A stretch of DNA of 64,000 bases from Candidatus Heimdallarchaeota archaeon (GTDB lineage: Archaea > Asgardarchaeota > Heimdallarchaeia > Heimdallarchaeales > Heimdallarchaeaceae). The translations under genes and the position numbers were made by a program. Within the stretch, counting starts at the first letter, position 1, and the number at the start of each line of letters is the position of its first letter. The stretch spans positions 58,922 through 122,921 of the forward strand of contig DXJF01000011.1 of NCBI GenBank assembly GCA_019057375.1. Direction: 5' to 3'. The notes under the pieces are model-generated. The model had not been told where the DNA came from and did no database searches. It saw nothing but the letters and a program-made list of their open reading frames with translations. Below are positions 26,265 through 37,945 of this stretch, in pieces.

Positions 26265-29200
26265 TTAATTTATGTTTTCAACATATTTTATTATTTCATG
26301 ACTTATCATGTAACTTATTCTTTTTCCAATACCATCAATTAAATTTGACATAAAAATATCTCCTGCGTATGTATCCTCCATAATCTCAAGAATCAAAGAT
26401 GGATTTATATGGTGGAAGATATCCAATAGAATTTTTGGATTGTAATTGCTTTCTACATGGGTTGCTGCATATGTTAACCAAAGAACATCCTCTTTATTTC
26501 TGATTAATTGCACTAAATTTGGTATTAATTTTATAGCTATATCTTCTTCTAAGCCTGCAATTTCTAGAAAAGGATAAACTACCGTATCAAATGAATAATC
26601 ATAATTTAGTATAATTGATTCAGAATTAATTTTATCTATTAAAAATACAGTTAGATCTTTGTTAAATACACATAATCCTTTGATAAAATGAAACAAATCA
26701 ACAATATTCCATTTATCTTCTAGCTTATTTTTAATAAAATCAGAATCAAGTATAGAATTTATATCTAAAAGAAGATCGTTTTTTGCAATATATCTCAGAG
26801 AATACAAAGTAACACCAATGTCATGAAGATCTTTTTCCGTTTTTATTTTTTCATAAAGAACATCCTTATCTAGTAATACAAGTATTCGAGAAATTAAATC
26901 CTCAGAAAAAAGTGATGCACTACTCAAAAGACATTTAACACCAATTAAATCTTCAGAACAATTAACTTTTTCAACTAAATTCTTAATATTTTTCTTGTTC
27001 AATACAAGATTAATTGAGTCTGTTTCACCTAAAAAATCTAAAATTATCTCTATCTGAGACAAGTTTGTTTCAGAGTCAATTCTTTTCGTAAAATAATCAA
27101 AAATTCTTGTTTTTTTGATATTAAACTGTTTGTTTTTTCCTAAGTTATAATAAAAAAGTTTATTCATGAAATTAATAAGATGAATAAAATCTTCATGCTC
27201 TATTGTTTTACTCAAAATGATAGATTTTCCAATGATTCCAGAGGCTATCTTAGCTAGATTATAATTTTGGTTGATTATAGTACTAAGAAAAGAAAACGAA
27301 CTATCAGGCAATATCCAGTTTATTCTCTTCAAAATTTTTCTGATTTTAATTTTCCTAAGAAATATTCTTATATTTTTATTACTCATTTGCCAAAATAAAG
27401 ATTCAATACTTTGTACAAACATCTTGCAATCTATAACATTTTTGAATTTCTTAATAAGAATATTCAGATATTCTTTTTGGTACTTCGAAATGATGAATCT
27501 TTCATAAAGCATTGTTATAAAGTATAAATCTTCTTCGTACTTCATGCTTTCTAATAAATATTTCATAATCTCTCCGTCGCTAAGAAGATAATCAACAATA
27601 CCTTTGGTATTATCATTCATAAGAAATTTCAAAATTTTAATTTTATAATCCTCATTTGAGTGAAGTATGTACTCTTTGAAGAGATTAAAATCATCCTCGT
27701 ATCTTTCACCAAGTAAAAGTCGCAAATTATAGGAAATGCAATTTGAGAATTTTATTGCAGAATAATAGAGCTGTGCAACAGATTGATGTGACAGAATATA
27801 AGTAATCTGAAAATAAGCACTACCAATGTGATGAATGTTGTGTTTTTCGTATAAATTCCAAACGTTTGATATATGGACTATTTCTACTGGATAGTATAGC
27901 AAATGTTCAATTATTTCATGCTTTTCTAACAAATATTCAAGGATATGATTATGAATTTTTAAATTCTGAATTAGATAATTTTTCTCAACCCTAATATTAT
28001 GTTTGGAGAATACAGATAAAATAAATACACAATCATAAAATTGATCAAGCTCTTTATGATTAAAAACTTCATCTAGACTTTCAAGTATATATTGATAGAT
28101 TTCCTCTTCATGAACTTCACATTTTTCATGATCTATTGAGTTTAGAGCAAATTCTAACAACCACAAATCTTGCCAATACTTACTCAATTGAATTTGAAGT
28201 TTAGAAAAGTTATTATGATTTCGCAAATTAGAATCATTCGGTATATGTTTTTTTACGATTTCTTCAGCAATTTCTTCAGCTGTAATTTTTAATATGGGAT
28301 TTCTCTCAAATTCAGAATTTCCTCTTATTTTGAATTCAATAAGTCTTGTTCCTGCAAGTACCAAGCTTTTTGAAGACGCATTATGTAATTTACATATGTT
28401 ATTAAAAGAATTGAGATTTTCATGAATATCATCAAGAATTATTAATGGTTCTTTTCTATCATATAGAAGTATTTTGCAAAGTTCTTCTATTTTTTCACGA
28501 TTTTCTTCCTTAAAACTCAGATAATATACTGGTCGTTTTTTTGCCAATATAAAACCCACGTGCTTCAAGAATACAGATTTTCCTGATGCTGAATCACCTA
28601 AAACTATAGTTCTTTTCTGTTTTTCCAATTCTTGAATGCATTCTTTAAGTACTCTTCTTTCAACTATTTTTCCTTCCTCAAAATTTGACCAAACAGGTAT
28701 TTTTTGTTTACTTTCAAAAACCTGATCTTTCCTTAAAACATGCTCAATCGAGTTTTTTTCTATTTCCAAATATATGTATGAACTAGATCCCTTCTCTCTC
28801 AAGTAATCATGTATAATATGTTTCTTAATTGTCGTTCCTTTACAATAATTTTTAGAATTAATGTGACCAAGAAAGTATCTTATATTGCTTTTGTTTGTTT
28901 GATATCCATATTGTTCAGCAATTTCTATTATATGATCTTCTAGTGAATCAAGTTGGATACATTTGAATTCTACTTTTTTAATGAAATCTGATAGAATATC
29001 AACTGTTATTTTACTACCAAACATTTCAGAATAATTTTCCGGAATAATTTTACATATATCCGATAGTTCTTCTTTTGGTATTATAATTTTTGAATCTGAA
29101 AAAAACTCATCTTTGATAGGTATATTACTATAAAAAACGAAAGTCTCAACTCCTTTTGAACGAACCAATAATTGAAGCAAAGGACCTCTTTTTCCTGAAT

Positions 29201-29402
29201 AGAAAAGTTGTTTTGGAGTCCAGCTACTGCTGCTTTGGATACTTTTAGCTTCCCCAATGCAGATTTTTCTTCCGTTAGTATAAAAAGAACTGTCTTCATA
29301 GTTTTTTTCTATAGAAAATTCATCATATTTGTTTGATAGAATATGGTATAGTGCAGTTAAAATTTGGTAATTAAATTTATGTCCAAGATGCTCATCTATC
29401 AT
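26265..29402 (-). CDS. large P-loop NTPase (STAND-like) with N-terminal Cap4/DUF4297-like nuclease domain and helical C-terminal region
   Basis: The N-terminus has GHKFNYQ...FSIEKNYED...ICIGEAKS (D/E...E-x-K). Walker A is LGDSASGKSVF and Walker B is LIILDDIHE. The C-terminal region is about 600 aa and alpha-helical. Confidence 0.6.
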   Translation of the reverse strand: MIDEHLGHKFNYQILTALYHILSNKYDEFSIEKNYEDSSFYTNGRKICIGEAKSIQSSSSWTPKQLFYSGKRGPLLQLLVRSKGVETFVFYSNIPIKDEFFSDSKIIIPKEELSDICKIIPENYSEMFGSKITVDILSDFIKKVEFKCIQLDSLEDHIIEIAEQYGYQTNKSNIRYFLGHINSKNYCKGTTIKKHIIHDYLREKGSSSYIYLEIEKNSIEHVLRKDQVFESKQKIPVWSNFEEGKIVERRVLKECIQELEKQKRTIVLGDSASGKSVFLKHVGFILAKKRPVYYLSFKEENREKIEELCKILLYDRKEPLIILDDIHENLNSFNNICKLHNASSKSLVLAGTRLIEFKIRGNSEFERNPILKITAEEIAEEIVKKHIPNDSNLRNHNNFSKLQIQLSKYWQDLWLLEFALNSIDHEKCEVHEEEIYQYILESLDEVFNHKELDQFYDCVFILSVFSKHNIRVEKNYLIQNLKIHNHILEYLLEKHEIIEHLLYYPVEIVHISNVWNLYEKHNIHHIGSAYFQITYILSHQSVAQLYYSAIKFSNCISYNLRLLLGERYEDDFNLFKEYILHSNEDYKIKILKFLMNDNTKGIVDYLLSDGEIMKYLLESMKYEEDLYFITMLYERFIISKYQKEYLNILIKKFKNVIDCKMFVQSIESLFWQMSNKNIRIFLRKIKIRKILKRINWILPDSSFSFLSTIINQNYNLAKIASGIIGKSIILSKTIEHEDFIHLINFMNKLFYYNLGKNKQFNIKKTRIFDYFTKRIDSETNLSQIEIILDFLGETDSINLVLNKKNIKNLVEKVNCSEDLIGVKCLLSSASLFSEDLISRILVLLDKDVLYEKIKTEKDLHDIGVTLYSLRYIAKNDLLLDINSILDSDFIKNKLEDKWNIVDLFHFIKGLCVFNKDLTVFLIDKINSESIILNYDYSFDTVVYPFLEIAGLEEDIAIKLIPNLVQLIRNKEDVLWLTYAATHVESNYNPKILLDIFHHINPSLILEIMEDTYAGDIFMSNLIDGIGKRISYMISHEIIKYVENIN

Positions 29403-29670
29403 ACAAATATCATCTTTTTTGTTTATTTCAATAAAGTTTGAAATTAAATATCGAATTCAACTTAATCTATATGTTATTTTTTACAAAGCTACTTAAATGC
29501 TTTTTTTTCTATTGGTAAAGATGAAAAATTAATATTTATAGATAAATGGAAACCTTTTGAAGATTTTGAGAGAAATATGAATAAGTTGTTAGAAACTCTA
29601 GAAGTATTAATTTAAGATATCATATTGAGAGAAATATAAGTAAAACCTGAATAAGTTAATTATATAGATA

Positions 29671-29868
29671 TATGGATGAATGCTAATTTGTTGGAAGAAT
29701 TTACTTCAATTAAACATTATTTTTACTAAAATAAATTTCAAACTATGAAGAATAAATACCCCCAAATAATACAAGAACCCCGAGAATAAGATTCTACAGA
29801 AGTAGAGAATAAAGGGTTGGGGTTGGGAAGTCTTGAAAACTTCCGAACGTAGGAGGTGATCCATCAGC
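29671..29868. repeat. degenerate copy B of [giant-ORF 3' end + 16S trailer + last about 25 nt of 16S]
   Basis: It carries WMNANLLEEFTSIKHYFY*, the core ccccaaataatacaagaaccccgagaataagattctacagaagtagagaataaaggg, and ccgaacgtaggaggtgatccatcagc. The last compares with ccaaacgtaggaggtgatccatccgc at 35425-35450. Confidence 0.8.
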
Positions 29869-29911
29869 TTTGAATTAAAAATTCCTTGGGGTTTAACAAT
29901 GCAAGTTTATA

Positions 29912-30223
29912 TTAAATATCAATGTAACAGTTCCTGATAAGAAAATGCTTGGTAGTTGAGGTAATATGGATTCCAAAGGAAGTGCTAGACGTAATATTGT
30001 AGTTCTCAATCAAGTAAGGATCTTCATATGTACCTGAACCTGGAAAAGCTAAGAAATCTTCATCTGAAGTAATCTCTATAGGGTCATGGTTTGTAAGATA
30101 ATTAGTGTTATTAGATTGGTTAGCTTTAGTTTCTCCGTCAACAGTAATTGTTACAGAAACTAAAAAACAAAGTAGGATAAGTGTTCTTCTACATCTAGGG
30201 GACATAGTATTCTCTAGATTCAC
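29912..30223 (-). pseudogene. N-terminal fragment of a secreted right-handed beta-helix protein
   Basis: A signal-like N-terminus is followed by DPIEITSDEDFLAFPGSGTYEDPYLIENYNITS...GIHITSTTKHFLIRNCYI, which resembles the first coils of NosD/pectate-lyase-like proteins. The frame ends after 103 aa, next to repeat B. Confidence 0.4.
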
Positions 30224-30316
30224 TTAATTATTCTATATAAACCAGCAAGAAATTATTCAATACATTTTGGTTTTACCACGTTTTTAAGTCATTTTAATTA
30301 TAATAACTCAGAAACA

Positions 30317-33300
30317 ATGAGAAACAGAATTTGGCTTTGTAAAATCCTCTTATTGGCTAGCATACTTTGTGGAGGCTTTCTTCTAATTAACAGTGAGGTT
30401 GAAGCTGAACCAGGATTAAGAGATGTGACAACCAATGCTTTATTACCTTATGATATTAATTTTGAATTTAACTTCTCTGGCAGTGAAGAAGTTTATAATT
30501 TGCATTCAAATCAAATTGAATTAGGAGAACTAAATAAACTCACACTTTCTTTCCGAGTAAACGGTATGAGCGGTTCTCCAGGATTAAAAATAGTGTTCAT
30601 TTTCATGACTATTAAAGTTGGATTTGTTGTTGACCGAATTTTTAATGATGATACTTTACACAATTTAACTGAGACTTTTCTTTTTCCTCACAACTATTCA
30701 GGTAGTATGGATATTACTGTCATTTGTAGTGGTAGTTCAACTTCTACAAGAAATGGATTTCTTACCATATTTAATAGCACTAAAATAGAACAAATGAATA
30801 TTCCCACAATATCAGAGGATTCTTTTTCTCTTCCAACTTCCCAGGATTGGGTGATGTTCAAAGGTAATATATATTCTTGGAATAGAGGAGGAATTACATC
30901 TGCTTTTTACAATTACGATGAAATGGCACTAGTAAGTCTTAACATATCCTTCTCTTCAAATTATTTTCAGTCAATAGAAAATGTAGTTGAAATTTCTTTA
31001 AATGGTAATTTTGTTGCAGAAGATTATTTCATTGAAGATTTAAGTAATAATATTGATATTCAATTTCAACCTGAAATAGGTTTGAATCTCTTATCATTGA
31101 ATTTCTCTGTTTCTTATTCCTTTAATCCAATTTATATTTCAAATATCTCTCTTTTTGGCTCTCTTTTTAATTATGAATCTAGCAGTTCTACTTCAGATTC
31201 ATTTAGTTGGGAAAGTGGTTTTTTTTCCTACTCTTTTGATTTATCTACGTTAAAACCCCCTGGGTACTATTCAGAACAAGTTCTTCACTTAACAATCAAT
31301 TACCAATGTTTCGGAATGAAAATCTCTTCAGGAATAAACTATTTTCTAAAAATAGGGACATCTATTCTCGAGGAAGGAACCATAAGCTATCTCGAGCAAA
31401 TGTATGAGAATAATAGTTTAAAGATCGAGACCTTTACTACGGAATATCACAACCCTCTTACGTTTAAAATTTTCGGCACTTCGAATGGGGTGGGAGGACT
31501 TACTATTTTAAATTCAAGTACGATTGAAATATCTCACATAGGTGAGCTAACAAAACAACCTTTGAGTAGAACCATAGCAGATGAAAGAAGTGTTAATGGT
31601 CCTTCTCTTGCTGTTTCGCTTAGTTTTTATGATGTCTTTCAAACTTATAGGATTGCAGCTCCTGTACAATTAGCTGTTAATTTTAATACAGTTTCTACTT
31701 ATGAACATCCCTTTGATTTACTTACAGTAACAGTCAAAATTGATGGTGTAAGAGTAATATCAAAAAATGTTCATATTCTCGGTTTTGCAAATTTTAGTAA
31801 AGAATTTTCCTTAGAACATGGGTATCACGAAGTTAGAATAAATTTCCAATTTTCTGGCATTAATACTCCTCTCACAGTAGAACAATTGAAGTACCAACTA
31901 GCTTTACAAATTGAAGAAGAAATTACTGTCTCAACAGCACTCTCTTATGCTCGTCAATCAACATTCTATCTTCTAGCCTTTTACGCCCTCCTCTATGTCC
32001 TTCTAGATGTTAAAGAAATAAATCGAGAGAGAATCAAGGAAAAAGAAAGTTCTATTCGTGAAGATTCTATCGAAGATGCAAATGATGACTCTAGGAATTT
32101 ATTACGTACGGCTCTCATGGTTGTTGTAAATATATCTATTAATTTGACTCCTTCTGTTTTCTTCTTGTTGCATGGAATTAATTACTGGTTTATTTTACCC
32201 TTAAGCTTCTTTGTAGCTTTACATTTCAGTATCAAAATTCTCTTTTCGAATTTTTCGAAAGATGCAATAGTTGGGTTTTGGAACAAAACAAGAGACTTCT
32301 TTAGAGATATCTATTCCCTCTCAGGCTTTCTTAATAAAGTTACAAGATCATTCGGAAAACTCTCTTTTAGAAGCTTAACTAGATTATTGGTCTTCGCTAT
32401 AGCTTTTCTGAGCTTTGGCTTATTGTTTTTCTTGGCAGATAATATTCCTTCAAATGCTGTCAAGGAAGTCTGGATTGTCTATGCTCTTTTGCTAGTTTGT
32501 ATTGTTATATCCTCTCTTACTTTATTCTACACCCTTCATTTAGTTAGAGACATGGCTTTTATAGAGGACAATCTGAAAAGAATAAAGAGGTTAGGTTATG
32601 CTTCCATCACACTTGTTGCTGGTTTTCTATTTGTTCTTATCAGCATGTTAGGCACTAAACTCAGTCTTTCAAGCATCTGGGGTTTCCTTTCTCCAATCCT
32701 CCTTTTTGGTATTTTTCGTACAACAACTAAACTAGGAAAGATTTCTGCCAAAGAAGAAAAGCTCTCCTTTGACGATTTTCTGGATAAAGGAATGTTCTTC
32801 ACTGATAAGAAGGAGATGCGAAAAGCTGTCAGTTTTGGTATCAATACTCGCTCTACTTGGGAAAAGAAAGGGTATGAACTCCAGAAACATCAGATAAAAG
32901 GTGTTATCGCTTACGATTACAACCCTGGAGATAAGATCAATCTCTATGAACTGGCTGAGAAGATTAAACTCCCCTTTAAGAAAACAGAGGAACTTGTTCA
33001 GGAGATAGAAAAAGAAGTTCCTAGATTAGGAAAATATGACCCTCAATCTAAAATCTATACCAAGAGCAAAGAGAATATTATAGAAGCTCAGGAAATTCAG
33101 GAAAAAATTGTTCCAGATAAATATGAAAATGAAGAAAAGAATGTAGAGATGAGTAAAATACCAACAAAGAATATTTCTACAAAAGAAAGATTTCAGAAGC
33201 TGCTTGAAGAGGTAGTAGGAGAGAGTGACGAGGAGAAGAGGAGAACTCTAGAATATGTGAATCATTTGACAGCTAAAGAAGCGGAAGTATATCAAAAATT

Positions 33301-35260
33301 CTTGAAAAAGGGATTGGGAGACCAAGATATAGTCATAACTAATTCTGACAGAGAATTTTTACAAAGAGCATGGAAGAAGATACATGTTCAAGAAGATATT
33401 TTTCAAAGAAACAGTTCTAGCAATTTGCTGAGGGAATATTATGATAAGATATCAGATGCTCACAACGGTTTTGATGATGTTGTGTTTGAGATAAAAAAAG
33501 AATTATTCAAAATATCCTTTTTGGAGTATAAAGTAGGTGATCGTGCAACTTACTATCCTTGGGAGTATATTCCTAAATTTGGATATCATTTGCTACGTAG
33601 AGAATTAAATGAAAAACAACTTCTTAAGTACATAGAAAAAAACCCAATAGTTGAATCTCTTTTTTCATCTCAATCAAATTTGGGGAAAAAGAAAGTTCCT
33701 TTAATCATTAGAAAGCTATACTACGACAGAAACAGGCAGTATCATATCATTGGAAATGATTGGTTAGTCAAATTCATGAATGGAGACTTTCAGAATGCTC
33801 TTTCTCATTTAGTCACTAAAGGTCTACTAACAAACAAACAGAAAAAGAGAATTACTGTGGGATTATCGGAATTTAACCAATTGGTAGGTTTAGCTCAGAA
33901 TGGACACACTTTTCGAGTTTTCGATAATACGAAAAAAATACAATTAGAATCTTGTGCAGAAATAACATTAGGTGGAAAACAAATTATCTTATACCACGAT
34001 TTCTTTTTACCTAAGTTTGAGATTAATCAAGAAAAAATCAGCATAAGTCTTCAAGGTTTTAATAAGATAACAACTTCTAAACACAATCAATTGAACCTGC
34101 TAATTAAGAAAGAATACTTCCTCAGAGACGATCAAGAGGACAAGATTCTTGTTCTCTATGCTAAACTTAAAAGAGAATTTCTTTTAGATTTGATAAAATC
34201 TAAATTAATGGACCATTTACAGGTTTTATATGATAAAAGATATATTTCTGGACTTGATACAATTACATCATCAGATTTTATTCCGTCTATTGATAAATTA
34301 AAAAAGCAACCCACAAGACAGAGGGGTATAGTTTGGTTTTATGATGATATTCAAGTTTCACCTATTGATTTTCTTACTAACAAAAAATTCAAAGAAATTC
34401 TACAGGAAAAAGATGAAGAATTGCTATTTTCTAAATTAGCTTCATTACTAAGTGACACTGAAACTTTTTTTGAAGACGAAGGTAGAAAGCAATTTTCTAT
34501 AGCTTATGAAGCCTATAAGAATGGACATTTCGATTTCTTTCTTTTTAATCAAAGTGTTAATGAGATCTATAAACCTCCTACTTACTCTTTTAGGCAAGGT
34601 AATATTCCTAAAACTGGTGTTATATTAGTTGACCACAACAATAGAATAATCAACTTAATTTCCCCCTCAAAAGCTGTTAGTATTCTACTAGAAGAGGGTG
34701 ATATATTGCTTAACTTTCCTTTTAGATGGGATTCACACTATGGTTATTTTGCATTCACCCAAAAAGGAAATAGAATGAGTAATGTTGCCAAGTCTTGGTA
34801 TGATTGGTTGATTAAGGCAAATCTTCCCATTCCTTCAGGTTCCAGTGGTAGAATTCCTGATATATCAGTAATTGCAATGTTACTAGAGTGGTGGACAAGG
34901 CAAGAAAATTTTGTTATCAATAGGATTCTTTCAAACCAAGTTTTTATTGAGAGTTGTAGGAAACACAAAATTGTGGTTGATAAAGATTCTACAATGGTTA
35001 TTGATTCAAAAAAGAATTCTTACAAACTTGCACGAGTTTCTGTTACTCAAACAGGAAATATTAGACATAAAGAAAATTGGAAATATTACGCGTTTTATAA
35101 TGACAAAATACGCACAGTTATTGATGTTCTTAAAGCTGCAATTTTTGATTTAGTTTTACAGAAAGGCAATATTTCTTCCGCTCAAATACCTGATTTGAGA
35201 AATTGGTTGAAGATAAATTGGTTGGAAGAATTTGAAAAACTGAAAGAATATTTCTTTTGA
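30317..35260 (+). CDS. giant (1647 aa) surface/membrane protein, paralogue of 17220..19937, with a unique cytoplasmic region of about 800 aa
   Basis: It has a signal peptide. The homologous ectodomain shows SFDLSTLKP vs SFDLSSLKP and LNSSTIEISH vs LNTSTIEIEP. There are 8-10 TM helices. I recognised no domain in the C-terminal half. Confidence 0.7.
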   Translation: MRNRIWLCKILLLASILCGGFLLINSEVEAEPGLRDVTTNALLPYDINFEFNFSGSEEVYNLHSNQIELGELNKLTLSFRVNGMSGSPGLKIVFIFMTIKVGFVVDRIFNDDTLHNLTETFLFPHNYSGSMDITVICSGSSTSTRNGFLTIFNSTKIEQMNIPTISEDSFSLPTSQDWVMFKGNIYSWNRGGITSAFYNYDEMALVSLNISFSSNYFQSIENVVEISLNGNFVAEDYFIEDLSNNIDIQFQPEIGLNLLSLNFSVSYSFNPIYISNISLFGSLFNYESSSSTSDSFSWESGFFSYSFDLSTLKPPGYYSEQVLHLTINYQCFGMKISSGINYFLKIGTSILEEGTISYLEQMYENNSLKIETFTTEYHNPLTFKIFGTSNGVGGLTILNSSTIEISHIGELTKQPLSRTIADERSVNGPSLAVSLSFYDVFQTYRIAAPVQLAVNFNTVSTYEHPFDLLTVTVKIDGVRVISKNVHILGFANFSKEFSLEHGYHEVRINFQFSGINTPLTVEQLKYQLALQIEEEITVSTALSYARQSTFYLLAFYALLYVLLDVKEINRERIKEKESSIREDSIEDANDDSRNLLRTALMVVVNISINLTPSVFFLLHGINYWFILPLSFFVALHFSIKILFSNFSKDAIVGFWNKTRDFFRDIYSLSGFLNKVTRSFGKLSFRSLTRLLVFAIAFLSFGLLFFLADNIPSNAVKEVWIVYALLLVCIVISSLTLFYTLHLVRDMAFIEDNLKRIKRLGYASITLVAGFLFVLISMLGTKLSLSSIWGFLSPILLFGIFRTTTKLGKISAKEEKLSFDDFLDKGMFFTDKKEMRKAVSFGINTRSTWEKKGYELQKHQIKGVIAYDYNPGDKINLYELAEKIKLPFKKTEELVQEIEKEVPRLGKYDPQSKIYTKSKENIIEAQEIQEKIVPDKYENEEKNVEMSKIPTKNISTKERFQKLLEEVVGESDEEKRRTLEYVNHLTAKEAEVYQKFLKKGLGDQDIVITNSDREFLQRAWKKIHVQEDIFQRNSSSNLLREYYDKISDAHNGFDDVVFEIKKELFKISFLEYKVGDRATYYPWEYIPKFGYHLLRRELNEKQLLKYIEKNPIVESLFSSQSNLGKKKVPLIIRKLYYDRNRQYHIIGNDWLVKFMNGDFQNALSHLVTKGLLTNKQKKRITVGLSEFNQLVGLAQNGHTFRVFDNTKKIQLESCAEITLGGKQIILYHDFFLPKFEINQEKISISLQGFNKITTSKHNQLNLLIKKEYFLRDDQEDKILVLYAKLKREFLLDLIKSKLMDHLQVLYDKRYISGLDTITSSDFIPSIDKLKKQPTRQRGIVWFYDDIQVSPIDFLTNKKFKEILQEKDEELLFSKLASLLSDTETFFEDEGRKQFSIAYEAYKNGHFDFFLFNQSVNEIYKPPTYSFRQGNIPKTGVILVDHNNRIINLISPSKAVSILLEEGDILLNFPFRWDSHYGYFAFTQKGNRMSNVAKSWYDWLIKANLPIPSGSSGRIPDISVIAMLLEWWTRQENFVINRILSNQVFIESCRKHKIVVDKDSTMVIDSKKNSYKLARVSVTQTGNIRHKENWKYYAFYNDKIRTVIDVLKAAIFDLVLQKGNISSAQIPDLRNWLKINWLEEFEKLKEYFF

Positions 35261-35286
35261 TATTCAATTTGGGTGAAATAAAAAAG

Positions 35287-35338
35287 CCCCCAAAGAATAC
35301 AAGAACCCCGAGAGAATGACACTACAGAAATAGAGAAT
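35287..35338 (-). promoter_or_regulatory. 16S processing-stem, 3' (trailer) half
   Basis: Complementary, with an internal loop, to 37051-37106. Confidence 0.75.
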
Positions 35339-35431
35339 ATAAGGGGACTTCTTTCGAAGCCAGAGTTGGTCATAACAAGGCCTAAAAACAGGCCCTGCAT
35401 GATCAAGGAATCCTTGAAGGATTCCAAACGT

Positions 35432-36942
<1,511 letters not shown>

Positions 36943-37050
36943 CCTGATTCGATTATGATACGATCTATTTGCTATCTTCCATGAATTGAACTATTTTAGC
37001 GCACATACACGTACTAGTGTTTTTGTACATACTAAATTTTGTTCCTTAAA

Positions 37051-37106
37051 ATTCTCTAAATTTCTGTAGCATCAGAACATCTCGGAGTTCTTGTTTTCCT
37101 TGGAGG
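37051..37106 (-). promoter_or_regulatory. 16S processing-stem, 5' (leader) half
   Basis: Complementary to 35287-35338. Confidence 0.75.
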
Positions 37107-37739
37107 TGAGTGTAAAATTCATACAGTACTTTTTTATGTTTTGCAAGGGTTTTTTAAGTTATCGTTCGACGGCTTATTGTAGTCAGCCTACAATAACTAA
37201 TCTGCACTCTTACAATATGACTACTGTCTTTTCTCTTTTATTGGTTGCTATTTAAGAGTTTTTTGCCGCTATAAAAAATCAAACGTAAATTCAGAAGAAT
37301 CAGTAAACGTAAAGGAGCGGATTCTTTTAGCCGAACCCGCTCTAAAGACATGGCTTAACATCCACTCATCAGACGTGAGTCTGACTGTTCGTGGCAATAT
37401 ACTTAGAAGAAGTTCGATATATATACTTTGCTCTTTTTTCTGTTATACATCTTCCAGAGTATTCGTAGATTAGAGGCTTAAAGTCGGTAAAATAACTCTG
37501 AAAGTAATTGACACAATTTTTCTTTGGAAATTAATGATGATACTATAATATCAACTATGAGAAATAGAGGGTGGTGATAAGGAAAGGATAGTTTAGTTTT
37601 TTTTTAGCAAACGAGGAATCCCTATATTTCTTTTTTCCTCTGTTCTGATAGAAATTCTAGTTTAAGAGAAATTTAGCACAAAATTTCTTGTGAGGATATA
37701 CGATCTTGTAAAACATTAACTATAACCTAGCTTAAAGAG

Positions 37740-37807
37740 ATGAACCTAATGAGATATTATGACCAACAGATGATGACGACTGGTTACCCTCAGAATGGTT
37801 TCCTTAA
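37740..37807 (+). pseudogene. acidic mini-protein, family copy 4, with an apparent 1-nt deletion
   Basis: At the DNA level it aligns with copy 5 (atgagatattatgacc-aacagatgatgac...). Restoring one C gives MNLMRYYDPTDDDDWLPSEWFP*. As written, the frame reads MNLMRYYDQQMMTTGYPQNGFLKLF*. Confidence 0.45.
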
Positions 37808-37945
37808 ACTATTCTAATCTTACTTTTTTTATTCAGATAACCAATTTTAAGCGAAGATGTTTTATACCTTTTTCTCTTAAATTGTACAGAGTAAAACTAT
37901 CAATTGACATCAAACCTTTGAGGAAAGGTATTGTGGGGATAAAGT

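Noticed and set aside
37173-37197. Perfect 9-bp hairpin TTATTGTAG-tcagc-CTACAATAA in the 16S leader, which shares TTATTGT/ACAATAA with the 23S processing stem
   Set aside because: The hairpin is real. The similarity to the 23S stem is only 7 nt per arm, which is not enough to claim a relic or a shared factor site.
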